Assembly: GCA_040879685.1 (NCBI GenBank)
Contig: JBBDJW010000005.1
Span: 21,741 to 85,740 of the forward strand
Length of the DNA stretch: 64,000 nucleotides
Source: Minisyncoccota bacterium
GTDB lineage: Bacteria; Patescibacteriota; Minisyncoccia; Phycocordibacterales; UBA2135
Reading direction: 5' to 3'
The first letter of the stretch is position 1, and every line of letters starts with the position of its first letter. The notes beneath the pieces were generated by a model. The model made no database searches, had not been told where the DNA came from, and saw only the letters and a program-made list of their open reading frames with translations. This document shows, piece by piece, positions 29,763 through 38,767 of this stretch. The position numbers were made by a program, and so were the translations under genes.

Positions 29763-29922
29763 AGTACCCTCCCATGATACCAAAAGATAACTAAATAACC
29801 AATGAAAATAACTTAAATTCTTATCTTGAATAAAATCCAGATTCTCATTGAAGTGATTGTATGTGTTCTAGTTGCTGGCGTTTACCTATCCGTTTTTACT
29901 TACTTGAAAGATCTTTTTCATA

Positions 29923-30051
29923 TCAAGGTGTATTTAAATAAATTATAAACACACTATAGCGGTCGCCATCGTCACGTACAATTTCCATACCGCGCGCTCC
30001 GCGTTTGATACTATGCACAACCGATCCGATTTCGTATAGTTCAATTCGCAG
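29923..30051 (-). pseudogene. 5' remnant of a REP-associated tyrosine (Y1/HUH, RAYT-like) transposase
   Basis: Manual translation (L)RIELYEIGSVVHSIKRGARGMEIVRDDGDRY matches the Y1 transposase N-terminal pattern R-x5-G-x3-H-x3-RG-x5-I-x2-D-x2-D. Stops after 42 codons and abuts a REP doublet. Confidence 0.72.
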
Positions 30052-30063
30052 AGCATTATTATT

Positions 30064-30122
30064 TACACACAAGTCTGACTTGTGTATATGTGGTATTTAT
30101 ACACAAGTCAGACTTGTGTGTA
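30064..30122. repeat. REP doublet (REPIN-like): two family A palindromes forming a perfect 25-bp inverted repeat
   Basis: TACACACAAGTCTGACTTGTGTATA-tgtggtatt-TATACACAAGTCAGACTTGTGTGTA. Confidence 0.9.
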
Positions 30123-30178
30123 TGTGGCGGTCAGAGTTTTGGTGGTGATCAGTGAAGAGATAAAGCCCCTTTGCAAAT

Positions 30179-30700
30179 CTACACAAACTCATCACGGTCG
30201 GTGAAATAGATGCTGACAAGCGGTAGGACAAGGCTCCAAAAGAACCACAAAGGTGAGCCCAGAATCATCTCCAGTTGTGGTGAAAGCGGATAGAGTTCGG
30301 GAAGCGGAATAATTCTATATGCAAAGAAAAAGAAAAGTGCGGTAGTAAAAAAAGAAAGTAAAACCATCTGAAAAAATTTTTCTAAGAAATTTTCAGGATA
30401 GCGGGCAAGGATAATCTGCGCAACAGCAAGAAAGGAGATAAAAATACCAAGCAGAAATACAAGCGCTTTAAGCTGTGGTGCTTCCAGCGGTATTTTGGAG
30501 AGAAGTAATTCCCAAAAGGGAAAAAAGAGAAGTATGAATCCGGTAAGATAAAGAGAGAGGAGAATCGCCACCAACTTGCTCTTACCCTTCAATGTGGTAA
30601 AGACAAGAGAAATAACAAATATCCCAAGGAGAATGAGGACATCTCCCGAGAGAGAAAGAAAACTTTCTGAAAGTGCCCCTGTAAGTGCGGTGGCGTCCAT
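30179..30700 (-). CDS. Multi-pass membrane protein of unknown function
   Basis: About five hydrophobic helices, TATAAT 7 nt before the ATG. Confidence 0.8.
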   Translation of the reverse strand: MDATALTGALSESFLSLSGDVLILLGIFVISLVFTTLKGKSKLVAILLSLYLTGFILLFFPFWELLLSKIPLEAPQLKALVFLLGIFISFLAVAQIILARYPENFLEKFFQMVLLSFFTTALFFFFAYRIIPLPELYPLSPQLEMILGSPLWFFWSLVLPLVSIYFTDRDEFV

Positions 30701-30708
30701 GAGCAGTA

Positions 30709-31800
30709 TTATACCCCTTCACTGCGTAGTTCTTCAAAGATTTTTTTCGCTTTTCGCGAGAGTTTTTTAGGAAGCTCTACCTTGAGTTTAATAAGTAAAT
30801 CCCCGCGGTGCGCGGCCGAAGCATCCTTCGGGACACCCCTCCCTCGTATACGAAGTACTTCACTAATTGTTATCCCGCTTGGTATTTTTACACTCAATGC
30901 GGGGCCTTCAAGTGTGGTAATGCTATATTCACTCCCCAAAACAGCATCGCTGAGTTTTACAGAGAGCTCCATTATAAGATTATCTCCTTCTCGCTTAAAG
31001 AGCTCATGGTTTTCAACATGAACTTTAATATATAAATCTCCCGCAGTGCCTTTTCGTATTGCCTCCCCCATTCCCGAGAGACGAATCACCTCTCCATCAC
31101 GAATACCAAACGGAACAGAGACCTTTATCTCTTCTTGGCGCTTTAAGACACCAAGACCACTACACTCTAAGCATTTTTTCTTAGGAATACTCCCCTCACC
31201 CTCACATCCACTGCAGTCCCGAACGCTTGTAATGACGCCGAGTATTGAATTCCTAGTCTCACGAACCTGTCCTTGCCCATTACACTTTTGACACTTTAAA
31301 ACCCCCGCGTCTTCCTCTCTACCGCTTCCAGAACATGTGTCACACGCAACTGTTTTAGCTAAAAGAATTGTCTTTTCTCTGCCAAAAACAGCTTCTTTGA
31401 AAGAAACCGAAAGGTCAATAGAGATATCTCTTCCTCGGCGAGCCTGCGCACGACGAGAGCTTTGTGTACCAAATATGTCTCCAAAAATATCTCCTAAATC
31501 CCACTCCACGCCTCCTGCTCCATGGGAAAATCCTTGTGCTCCAAAACCTCGTGCGAAGTCTTCAAAGGGAGAGCCTCCGCCTCCTGAAAAGACGTGTCCA
31601 TACGCATCATACTCAGCACGTTTTTTTGTATCAGAAAGCGTTCTGTATGCCTCACTTACTTCCTTAAACTTTGTTTCATCACCCCCAACCCCCCTGTCAG
31701 GATGGTATTTTTTAGCAAGCGTATGAAAAGCCTTTTTGATCTCTTCCTTGGAGGCATTTTTGGGTACACCCAAAGTTTTGTAGTAGTCTTTATTATTCAT
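30709..31800 (-). CDS. dnaJ: Chaperone DnaJ
   Basis: DYY..LGV, HPD, G/F region, four CxxCxGxG repeats. Start moved to ATG 31800. Confidence 0.97.
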   Translation of the reverse strand: MNNKDYYKTLGVPKNASKEEIKKAFHTLAKKYHPDRGVGGDETKFKEVSEAYRTLSDTKKRAEYDAYGHVFSGGGGSPFEDFARGFGAQGFSHGAGGVEWDLGDIFGDIFGTQSSRRAQARRGRDISIDLSVSFKEAVFGREKTILLAKTVACDTCSGSGREEDAGVLKCQKCNGQGQVRETRNSILGVITSVRDCSGCEGEGSIPKKKCLECSGLGVLKRQEEIKVSVPFGIRDGEVIRLSGMGEAIRKGTAGDLYIKVHVENHELFKREGDNLIMELSVKLSDAVLGSEYSITTLEGPALSVKIPSGITISEVLRIRGRGVPKDASAAHRGDLLIKLKVELPKKLSRKAKKIFEELRSEGV

Positions 31801-31967
31801 CCTGCTTTGCGGCAAGTCATGGTCAAGACCATGGCTTTGTAAATTAAATGTAATAAATGATCTCTCAGTGTTCCGTAAATGAAGTTCGCGCGAGTGACTA
31901 TAAGCCACTGACAAACCATACCTTCATGCCACCTCTTCACTCTAGCGCACAGAGAGCTCCCGCGCAA

Positions 31968-33899
31968 TTATTTTTTTTCACCCTCTTTTCCTTCATCATT
32001 TTTATCGTCCCCTTTCTCTTCATAGTCAGCGTCACGGACATTTTCACTGCCACTACTTGTTTTATTTTCGGCGCCGGGTGTTTCTTCACCCCCTCCTTGT
32101 GACTTCATCATCGCTTCGCCTATTTTTGAAATTTCTAAAGAGAGTCCCTCAGTTGCACTTTTAATTGTATCTCTGTCGCTCCCCTTAAGCGCCTCCTTAA
32201 GCGCAGTTACTTTCCCCTCTACTGAAGTTTTCACATCGGCAGGGACTTTATCCCCTCCGTCTTTAAGAGCTTTTTCTGCGGAGTAAATAAGTGTCTCGCC
32301 TTGGTTGCGAGTTTCAACAGATTCTTTTTTCTTCCTGTCTTCCTCTGCATGGATCTCCGCCTCTTTTTTCATCTTTTCAATCTCATCTTTATTCAAGGAC
32401 GAGCTTGCTTCAATCTTAATAGACTGCTCCTTGCCACTTGCCTTATCAGTTGCCTTGATGTTGATAATACCGTTTGCATCAATATCAAACGACACCTCAA
32501 CCTGAGGCACACCTCGTGGAGATGGTGGAATTCCATCAAGGATAAAGCGGCCAAGTGTTTTATTGTCTCGTGCCATAGAGCGTTCGCCTTGGACTACATG
32601 AATCTCAACTGATGTCTGATTATCGGCTGCTGTTGAAAAAATCTGAGAATGAGATGCAGGGATAGTGGTGTTTCGTTCAATGAGTTTTGTTGCCACACCT
32701 CCCATCGTTTCAATCCCTAAAGAAAGCGGAGTCACATCAAGGAGAAGAACTTCTTTTACATCCCCTTGCAAAATGCCCCCCTGAAGCGCAGCTCCATCAG
32801 CAACAACTTCATCGGGATTAATTGATTTATTAGGTTCTTTTCCAAAAAGCTCGGTAACCGCTCTTCCAATTGCCGGCATTCGTGTCTGCCCTCCAACAAG
32901 GATGACTTCATCAATATCCGCAATTTCAAATTTAGAGTTTTCAATCGCTTGTTTGGTAATTTGAATTGCCTTTTCTATGTACGAAGATGCTAGTTGTTCG
33001 AGTTTTGCACGAGAGAGCTTGATGGCTAAGTGTTTTGGCCCGGCGGCATCGGAGGTAATGAAAGGAATGTTAATTTCGGTTTCTTGTGACTCTGAAAGCT
33101 CGTGCTTGGCCTTCTCTGCTGCCTCTTTGAGCCGTTGAAGCGCGAGAGGGTCTTTGGTTATATCAATTCCATTTTCTTTTTTGAACTCTTCTCCGAGCCA
33201 GGAAACAATTTCACGGTCAATATCTTCACCACCCATATGACTGTCACCATCGGTTGATTTCACCTCAACCACCTCTTCTCCAACTTCAAGCACCGTGACA
33301 TCAAATGTTCCACCGCCGAAGTCAAAAACAACAATCTGCTGGTCTTTCTTTTTTTGAAAACCATACGCAAGCGCTGCGGCGGTTGGCTCATTGACAATTC
33401 GCAATACATTAAAGCCGGCAACTTCACCCGCATCTTTCGTTGCTTGTCGCTGGGAATCGTCAAAGTATGCAGGAACGGTGATAACCGCATCTTTCACTTT
33501 TTCACCAAGACGCGCCTCAGCATCCGCTTTAAGTTTTTGCAATATCATTGAAGATATTTCTTCAGGCGTATGCTCTTTTTCACCCATCTTAACTTTTACA
33601 CCCCCTTTGTCACCCTCTATCATTTTAAAAGAAACTGCGTTCCGTTCCTTGGTGACATAAGAATCATTATACTTATGTCCCATAAGTCGCTTCACTCCTG
33701 AAATAGTATTTTCAGGGTTTGTTACCGCCTGTCGTTTTGCAAGCACCCCAACGAGCCGCTCGCCGTTTTTAGACATAGCGACAACCGAAGGCGTTGTGCG
33801 CCCTCCTTCTGCATTTTCTATAATTTTAGGAGCACCTCCCTCAATAACAGCCATCGCTGAGTTCGTTGTTCCTAAGTCTATTCCTAATACTTTTGCCAT
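31968..33899 (-). CDS. dnaK: Chaperone DnaK
   Basis: [34 protein letters not shown]. Confidence 0.99.
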   Translation of the reverse strand: MAKVLGIDLGTTNSAMAVIEGGAPKIIENAEGGRTTPSVVAMSKNGERLVGVLAKRQAVTNPENTISGVKRLMGHKYNDSYVTKERNAVSFKMIEGDKGGVKVKMGEKEHTPEEISSMILQKLKADAEARLGEKVKDAVITVPAYFDDSQRQATKDAGEVAGFNVLRIVNEPTAAALAYGFQKKKDQQIVVFDFGGGTFDVTVLEVGEEVVEVKSTDGDSHMGGEDIDREIVSWLGEEFKKENGIDITKDPLALQRLKEAAEKAKHELSESQETEINIPFITSDAAGPKHLAIKLSRAKLEQLASSYIEKAIQITKQAIENSKFEIADIDEVILVGGQTRMPAIGRAVTELFGKEPNKSINPDEVVADGAALQGGILQGDVKEVLLLDVTPLSLGIETMGGVATKLIERNTTIPASHSQIFSTAADNQTSVEIHVVQGERSMARDNKTLGRFILDGIPPSPRGVPQVEVSFDIDANGIINIKATDKASGKEQSIKIEASSSLNKDEIEKMKKEAEIHAEEDRKKKESVETRNQGETLIYSAEKALKDGGDKVPADVKTSVEGKVTALKEALKGSDRDTIKSATEGLSLEISKIGEAMMKSQGGGEETPGAENKTSSGSENVRDADYEEKGDDKNDEGKEGEKK

Positions 33900-33938
33900 A
33901 TTCTTTAATTCTTTAAAATTAAAGCTGATAATCTAAAA

Positions 33939-34499
33939 TCACTTTTTATATAAACTAACAATCACCCGTGCAGGCCGTAGCAGTGTCTCATTAAGAAAAT
34001 ATCCTTTTTGTATTACCTCAAGTATTATACCTTCCTGTTGTGCTTTGTCAGTTTCCCGTACCTCAACAGACTCATGTTTGCGCGGGTCAAATTTTTCTCC
34101 TTGCGGGTCATCCTGCGCCATTCCGTTCTCCTCTAGCACCTTCAGCAGGTGAGCGTGGATGTGTTCTACTCCGGTGCGCCATGTTGCATCAACCTGCTCC
34201 CACGCCTCTTTGTTTGCAAATGCCATATCAAAACTATCTAATACAGGAAGGAGCTGGCTTAAAACATCTTCCTTGGCATAGAGAGCACCCTGCGCTCTTC
34301 GTTCATCTTCCTTTTTCTTGTAATTTATGAAGTCAGCTTGAGCCCGTTGCCATCCATCAAGGTACTCTTGTCGCTCCTTAAGACACTGTGTGAGCCTTTT
34401 TTTAAGCTTATCAGCGTCACCTTTTTTAGAAAGCGACACGACATCCTCCTCTACCGCCTCAAAATCATCGTCCATTTCTGGTTGCTTCTTTTTCGACAT
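33939..34499 (-). CDS. grpE: Nucleotide exchange factor GrpE
   Basis: RAQADF.NYKK, LLPVLD, FDP..HE, QKGY.L...LLRPA.V. Confidence 0.96.
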   Translation of the reverse strand: MSKKKQPEMDDDFEAVEEDVVSLSKKGDADKLKKRLTQCLKERQEYLDGWQRAQADFINYKKKEDERRAQGALYAKEDVLSQLLPVLDSFDMAFANKEAWEQVDATWRTGVEHIHAHLLKVLEENGMAQDDPQGEKFDPRKHESVEVRETDKAQQEGIILEVIQKGYFLNETLLRPARVIVSLYKK

Positions 34500-34548
34500 A
34501 CATCACAAGTTTTATGCAGAACTTCGTCTCTGCGTTTTATATAATTCC

Positions 34549-34577
34549 ATAATAGCCTCTTTTATCAGCTTTGTCAA
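34549..34577 (-). promoter_or_regulatory. Sigma70-type promoter for grpE-dnaK-dnaJ
   Basis: TTGACA-17 nt-TATTAT on the minus strand. No CIRCE inverted repeat seen. Confidence 0.7.
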
Positions 34578-34632
34578 TAAGCATTTAATAAAATAATATA
34601 CCACACTTCTCTCTTACAAAACCTGAACAGTA

Positions 34633-34666
34633 AAGAATCCCTCAGGCTCAAGACTGAAGGATTCTT
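34633..34666 (-). terminator. Terminator after rpsI
   Basis: AAGAATCC.TCAG...CTGA.GGATTCTT hairpin. Confidence 0.6.
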
Positions 34667-34679
34667 CTTCTTTTTATAT

Positions 34680-35108
34680 TTATCGTTTTGACCACTGACC
34701 ACTCTTACGCGCCTTCTTTCTGCCGAACTTTTTTCGTTCAACCATGCGAGGGTCTCTTTTTAAGAGACCGGCTTTTTTGAATTTCTTGCGAAGCTCTTCA
34801 TCAAAGAAAACGAGCGCTCGTGAAAGTCCAAGACGAAGGGCTTCTGCTTGGGCATGAATCCCTCCTCCCACGATTTTTGCTGAAACACTAAAGGAGATAT
34901 CCCCCTTTCCTTTAGCGAGTGCCTCGTGTGCAATGCCCTTCATCTCCTCAGTTGGAAAGTAATCCTGAATATTCTTTTCATTAACATGAAAAGAGGGTGC
35001 GCCGGACTCTTCAAAAATACGAACACGCGCTACTGCAGTTTTTCTGCGGCCAATACCTTCAATATAACGTCCTTTTTCCAGTTTTTTGATTTCTTTTTTC
35101 TCTTCCAT
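34680..35108 (-). CDS. rpsI: 30S ribosomal protein S9
   Basis: GRRKTAVARV, GGG..AQA, RDPRMVERKK, QWSKR. Confidence 0.98.
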   Translation of the reverse strand: MEEKKEIKKLEKGRYIEGIGRRKTAVARVRIFEESGAPSFHVNEKNIQDYFPTEEMKGIAHEALAKGKGDISFSVSAKIVGGGIHAQAEALRLGLSRALVFFDEELRKKFKKAGLLKRDPRMVERKKFGRKKARKSGQWSKR

Positions 35109-35120
35109 AGTTATAACCAG

Positions 35121-35465
35121 TTACTCTTCTATCTCAAGTTGTTTCATAAGTTTAGCACGAGTTTTATTTGCAGGAAGCATCCCATAAACAGCTTTTTTTA
35201 CAATCTCTCCATATCCTTTTTTGGCAACCACTTGACGCAGAGATTCTTCTTTCAAACCTCCGGGATATCCTGAATAGCGCTTATACTTTTTTTGGTTTCG
35301 TTTTTTTTGTGAAAGTGAAAGGCCTTTTGCATTTACGACAACTACACGGTCATCTGTTTTTTTATTTCTTTCAAAGGCAACTGTTTTCTTACCCATAAGC
35401 AAAACTGCCACTTGTGTAGCGATTCTTCCGAGTCGTTTTCCTTGTGCATCTATTGTGTGCTTCAT
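35121..35465 (-). CDS. rplM: 50S ribosomal protein L13 (short form)
   Basis: IDAQGKRLGRIA, YSGYPGGLK, AVYGMLP. Confidence 0.97.
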   Translation of the reverse strand: MKHTIDAQGKRLGRIATQVAVLLMGKKTVAFERNKKTDDRVVVVNAKGLSLSQKKRNQKKYKRYSGYPGGLKEESLRQVVAKKGYGEIVKKAVYGMLPANKTRAKLMKQLEIEE

Positions 35466-35466
35466 A

Positions 35467-35820
35467 CTATACAAATTCTATAAGAGCCATAGGGCTGGCG
35501 TCGCCACCTCGTCGTGGTAATTTTACTATTCTCGTGTACCCTCCGTGGCGTTCTTTGTAGCGAGGGGCAATTTCGTCCATCAACTTATTCCCTCCTTCTT
35601 TATTGTTACCAAGCAAAGCAATAAGAATGCGACGTGAGAAAAGCCCTTCTTTTTTTGCCCGCGTAACAAGTTTCTCTATGTACGCTCGGAGCTCACGAGC
35701 TTTAGCATCTGTTGTTTCAATTCGTTCTTTTTCAATAAGTGCAAGCGCAAGAGAGCGCATGAGCGCTTTTCTCACTTTTCGTACTCGTCCGAATTTTCTG
35801 TTGGTGTTATGGTGTCGCAT
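35467..35820 (-). CDS. rplQ: 50S ribosomal protein L17
   Basis: MRH, IETTDAKA, GGYTRI. Confidence 0.97.
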   Translation of the reverse strand: MRHHNTNRKFGRVRKVRKALMRSLALALIEKERIETTDAKARELRAYIEKLVTRAKKEGLFSRRILIALLGNNKEGGNKLMDEIAPRYKERHGGYTRIVKLPRRGGDASPMALIEFV

Positions 35821-35844
35821 ACTCTCGTCGCTGGTTACTGGTCT

Positions 35845-36816
35845 TTATTTTAAAGTGAGACCAAAATTACCAAGACTTCGTTTAATTTCCTGCACTCCTT
35901 TCTCTCCCAGACCGTCAAGGGCAAGTAAATCATCCTCTCCTTTCTTAATGAGGCCTCCGACAGTGCGGATGTTTGCCTTATCAAGGGCATTTGCTGTTCT
36001 GGTGGAAAATCCAAGTGTCTCGACGCGAGTCTTGAGAAATTCTTTTTCCTCCTCGCTATCTTTCTCTTCCTCGTTAGGAATCTCTTGCTGTACGCTTTCT
36101 GCCTCCTCAACAAGGCTCCTTCCTTCTTGAAAACCGACGACAGCCTGTAGTTGTTGTATCATTATTGTGATGGCATTTTCAAGAGCCTCACGGGGAGTAA
36201 TGGTGCCATCGGTTTCAATGGAAAAGCGAAGTTTATTGTAGTCAGTCCTGTCGCCAACTCGCATATTCTCAACTTCATAGTTTACACGACGAATAGGAGT
36301 AAAAACAGCGTCAAGAGCAATGGTGCCAATTCCAACCTTATCTTTTTGTAATGCTTCTTTTGGTACATACCCAAAAGACTTTTCAACAACCATTTCAATG
36401 TCAAGCGTTATATTTTTATCGGTAATTTCCACAAGATACTGATCAGTATTTAAAACTTCAATTTGCCCTCCTGCCTTAATATCCCTTGCAGTAACCTTTG
36501 CGGGACCTTCTGCTTTTAAAGTAACTGTTTGCGGTTCATCAGTAAGCAATTTAAAATTAACCTTCTTGAGATTAAGGAGAAGTATAATAACATCTTCTTT
36601 AACACCAGGGATTGTTGAAAATTCATGGTTTACGCCGTCAATCTTTACTGAGGTAATCGCGGTCCCTTCCAGCGATGAAAGAATAATTCTTCGCAAGGAG
36701 TTGCCAAGCGTATGCCCATAACCAGGGTAAAGGCTGTCTATTTCATAGACTCCTACGAGGCCCTCCTCTTTGACAACGCGTGGTTTTGATGGAAGAACGA
36801 TAGTATGATCTAACAT
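35845..36816 (-). CDS. rpoA: RNA polymerase alpha subunit
   Basis: GYGHTLGNSLRR.ILSS, HEFSTIPGVKED, RVGDRTDY, alpha-CTD. Confidence 0.98.
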   Translation of the reverse strand: MLDHTIVLPSKPRVVKEEGLVGVYEIDSLYPGYGHTLGNSLRRIILSSLEGTAITSVKIDGVNHEFSTIPGVKEDVIILLLNLKKVNFKLLTDEPQTVTLKAEGPAKVTARDIKAGGQIEVLNTDQYLVEITDKNITLDIEMVVEKSFGYVPKEALQKDKVGIGTIALDAVFTPIRRVNYEVENMRVGDRTDYNKLRFSIETDGTITPREALENAITIMIQQLQAVVGFQEGRSLVEEAESVQQEIPNEEEKDSEEEKEFLKTRVETLGFSTRTANALDKANIRTVGGLIKKGEDDLLALDGLGEKGVQEIKRSLGNFGLTLK

Positions 36817-36849
36817 AGTAGTGTATTAAAAATTTATAAAGAGAGACTA

Positions 36850-37461
36850 TTAACGGCTATAAAACTCAATAACGGAAGGTAGGTCAAGGGATGCTTCATC
36901 TTGTTCGCTCAAAACGGGTGTCCCTTCAACCTTTCCCTCTTTTGTTTTTGAAGAAAATGAAAGCCATGCAGGAGGTGTTTTTTCTTTGAGGTTTTCAGTA
37001 AGACCTTCAAAGAGAGGTTTTTCAAGACTTGCCTTTTTTATTCCTATCATATCCCCTTGTATCAATTGGCGAGAGGGAATTGTTACTCGCCTTCCATTTA
37101 TCGTAATGTGCCCATGTGATACAAGTTGGCGCGCAAAACGACGGGTTTTTGCAATTCCAAGACGATAAATACTATTATCAAGACGAGTTTCAAGTAACGT
37201 ATAGAGCTCTATAATGGGCTTAATTCCTTTTTTTTCCATTGCTTCCTTTACATAGTTTGAAAACTGCTTCTCGCTCAATCCATATGAGTATCGTGCTTTT
37301 TGTTTTTCGAGAAGCTGTTTTGAATATTCACTGCGTGCAGAAAACCTACGCCCGCCCTTCCCGTGTATTTTTGGGGTTGTTGAAAAATGTGGATTATCAC
37401 ATTTAGGAAAAATGGGTGCTCCCAATCTTCGTGCTATTTTAAATTGTTTTATCTTAACCAT
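36850..37461 (-). CDS. rpsD: 30S ribosomal protein S4
   Basis: SEY..QL.EKQK, LETRLDN, ARQLVSHGH, IEFYSR. Confidence 0.98.
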   Translation of the reverse strand: MVKIKQFKIARRLGAPIFPKCDNPHFSTTPKIHGKGGRRFSARSEYSKQLLEKQKARYSYGLSEKQFSNYVKEAMEKKGIKPIIELYTLLETRLDNSIYRLGIAKTRRFARQLVSHGHITINGRRVTIPSRQLIQGDMIGIKKASLEKPLFEGLTENLKEKTPPAWLSFSSKTKEGKVEGTPVLSEQDEASLDLPSVIEFYSR

Positions 37462-37467
37462 ACTTTT

Positions 37468-37902
37468 TTAAGTTCGTCTTGCCTTTCGAGCCCGAGGACC
37501 ATTAAAGGGTACCGGTGTTGCATCTACAATTTTATTAATATCAATACCTTTTGAAGCAAAAGAACGAATCGCCGACTCTCTACCAGAACCAACGCCACTC
37601 ATCACAACAGAAACTTCTTTAATTCCAATAAGGAGGGATTTTTCTCCAACCAACTCCCCCACTTTAGCGGCGGCAAAAGGAGTTCCCTTCTTTGCTCCTT
37701 TAAAGCCGAGTGCACCACTTGAAGATCGTGAGAGGAGATTTCCTTTTGTATCAGTCAAAGATAAACTCGTATTATTAAATGATGCTTCAACATAAAGCAC
37801 TCCTTCACTGAGCTTTCTTTTAACGATTTTTGAAAGTGAGCGACTGCGTAATTCCTGCTGGAAGCCACCTCCCTGTTTTTTAACTGTTCGTTTTTTACCC
37901 AT
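37468..37902 (-). CDS. rpsK: 30S ribosomal protein S11
   Basis: ASFNNT, GFKGAKKGTPFAA, GSGRESA, TPVPFNG. Confidence 0.98.
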   Translation of the reverse strand: MGKKRTVKKQGGGFQQELRSRSLSKIVKRKLSEGVLYVEASFNNTSLSLTDTKGNLLSRSSSGALGFKGAKKGTPFAAAKVGELVGEKSLLIGIKEVSVVMSGVGSGRESAIRSFASKGIDINKIVDATPVPFNGPRARKARRT

Positions 37903-37908
37903 ACAATT

Positions 37909-38289
37909 TTATTTCTTTTCAGTCTTTCTCCTTCCTGAACCCATTGTTTTTCGAACATTTCCACGAACCGTTCGAGAATTTACTTTTGTTCGCTGTCCGC
38001 GGGCAGGTAGTTTTTTACTATGTCGTGTACCACGGTATGAATTAATGTCTTTCAATCGCTTAATGTCTGAGTTAACTTTCCTTTTAAGTTCTCCCTCAAG
38101 CGTGTATTCTTCAAGATATTTACGAATAGCATTTTCTTCTTCTGTTGAAAGCGTATGCGCCTTTCTGTTGCAATCAATTCCTGTCTTATCTAAAATTTCT
38201 TTTGAACGAGAGCGTCCAACACCAAAAAGAGCGGTTAATCCCACTTCAAGTCGTTTATTGTCTGGAATAGTAATACCTGAAATTCTCAT
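37909..38289 (-). CDS. rpsM: 30S ribosomal protein S13
   Basis: MRISG, SYRGTRH..KLPARGQRTK.N.RT. Confidence 0.98.
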   Translation of the reverse strand: MRISGITIPDNKRLEVGLTALFGVGRSRSKEILDKTGIDCNRKAHTLSTEEENAIRKYLEEYTLEGELKRKVNSDIKRLKDINSYRGTRHSKKLPARGQRTKVNSRTVRGNVRKTMGSGRRKTEKK

Positions 38290-38304
38290 AATAATTTTAA
38301 CAAA

Positions 38305-38418
38305 CTAACCTTGTCGCTGTTTGTGTTTAGGGGTGTCACATACAACAAAAAGCCGTCCTTTTCTTCTGACAACTTTACATTTTGTGCACACCTTTTTTAC
38401 TGATGAACGAACTTTCAT
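38305..38418 (-). CDS. rpmJ: 50S ribosomal protein L36 (too short for the ORF track)
   Basis: Manual translation [37 protein letters not shown]. Confidence 0.97.
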   Translation of the reverse strand: MKVRSSVKKVCTKCKVVRRKGRLFVVCDTPKHKQRQG

Positions 38419-38420
38419 AA

Positions 38421-38669
38421 TTACAAACGTCGAGTGATCCTCCCCTTTCCTCCATAAGGATCAAGAATAACCTCTACCTTATCACCAACAAGAACTTTGA
38501 TTCTATACATACGCATTTTTCCGGCCAAATAACATAATACCTCATCATTTTGCGTATTTATGTCACCCGCACCACCGCTTGTTTGGGCAGGCATCTCAAC
38601 ACGAAACAAGGCGTTGGGCAGCGCCTCAACGACCGTGCCAACTTTTGTATCTCTTTCTTTCTCTCTCAT
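38421..38669 (-). CDS. infA: Translation initiation factor IF-1, with loop insertion
   Basis: [12 protein letters not shown]...GKMR..RI.VLVGD.V, GRITRR. Confidence 0.96.
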   Translation of the reverse strand: MREKERDTKVGTVVEALPNALFRVEMPAQTSGGAGDINTQNDEVLCYLAGKMRMYRIKVLVGDKVEVILDPYGGKGRITRRL

Positions 38670-38767
38670 CTTCTTGTTGATTCCGCCATCATAACAGAGT
38701 GCCTCTTACGTGTCAAACTAAAAACCCTTATATCACAATGGATATGGAGAGTTTTGCGAAATAAGTA

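Noticed and set aside
34500-34620. CIRCE/HrcA operator upstream of grpE
   Set aside because: No TTAGCACTC-N9-GAGTGCTAA was seen and there is no hrcA in the operon.
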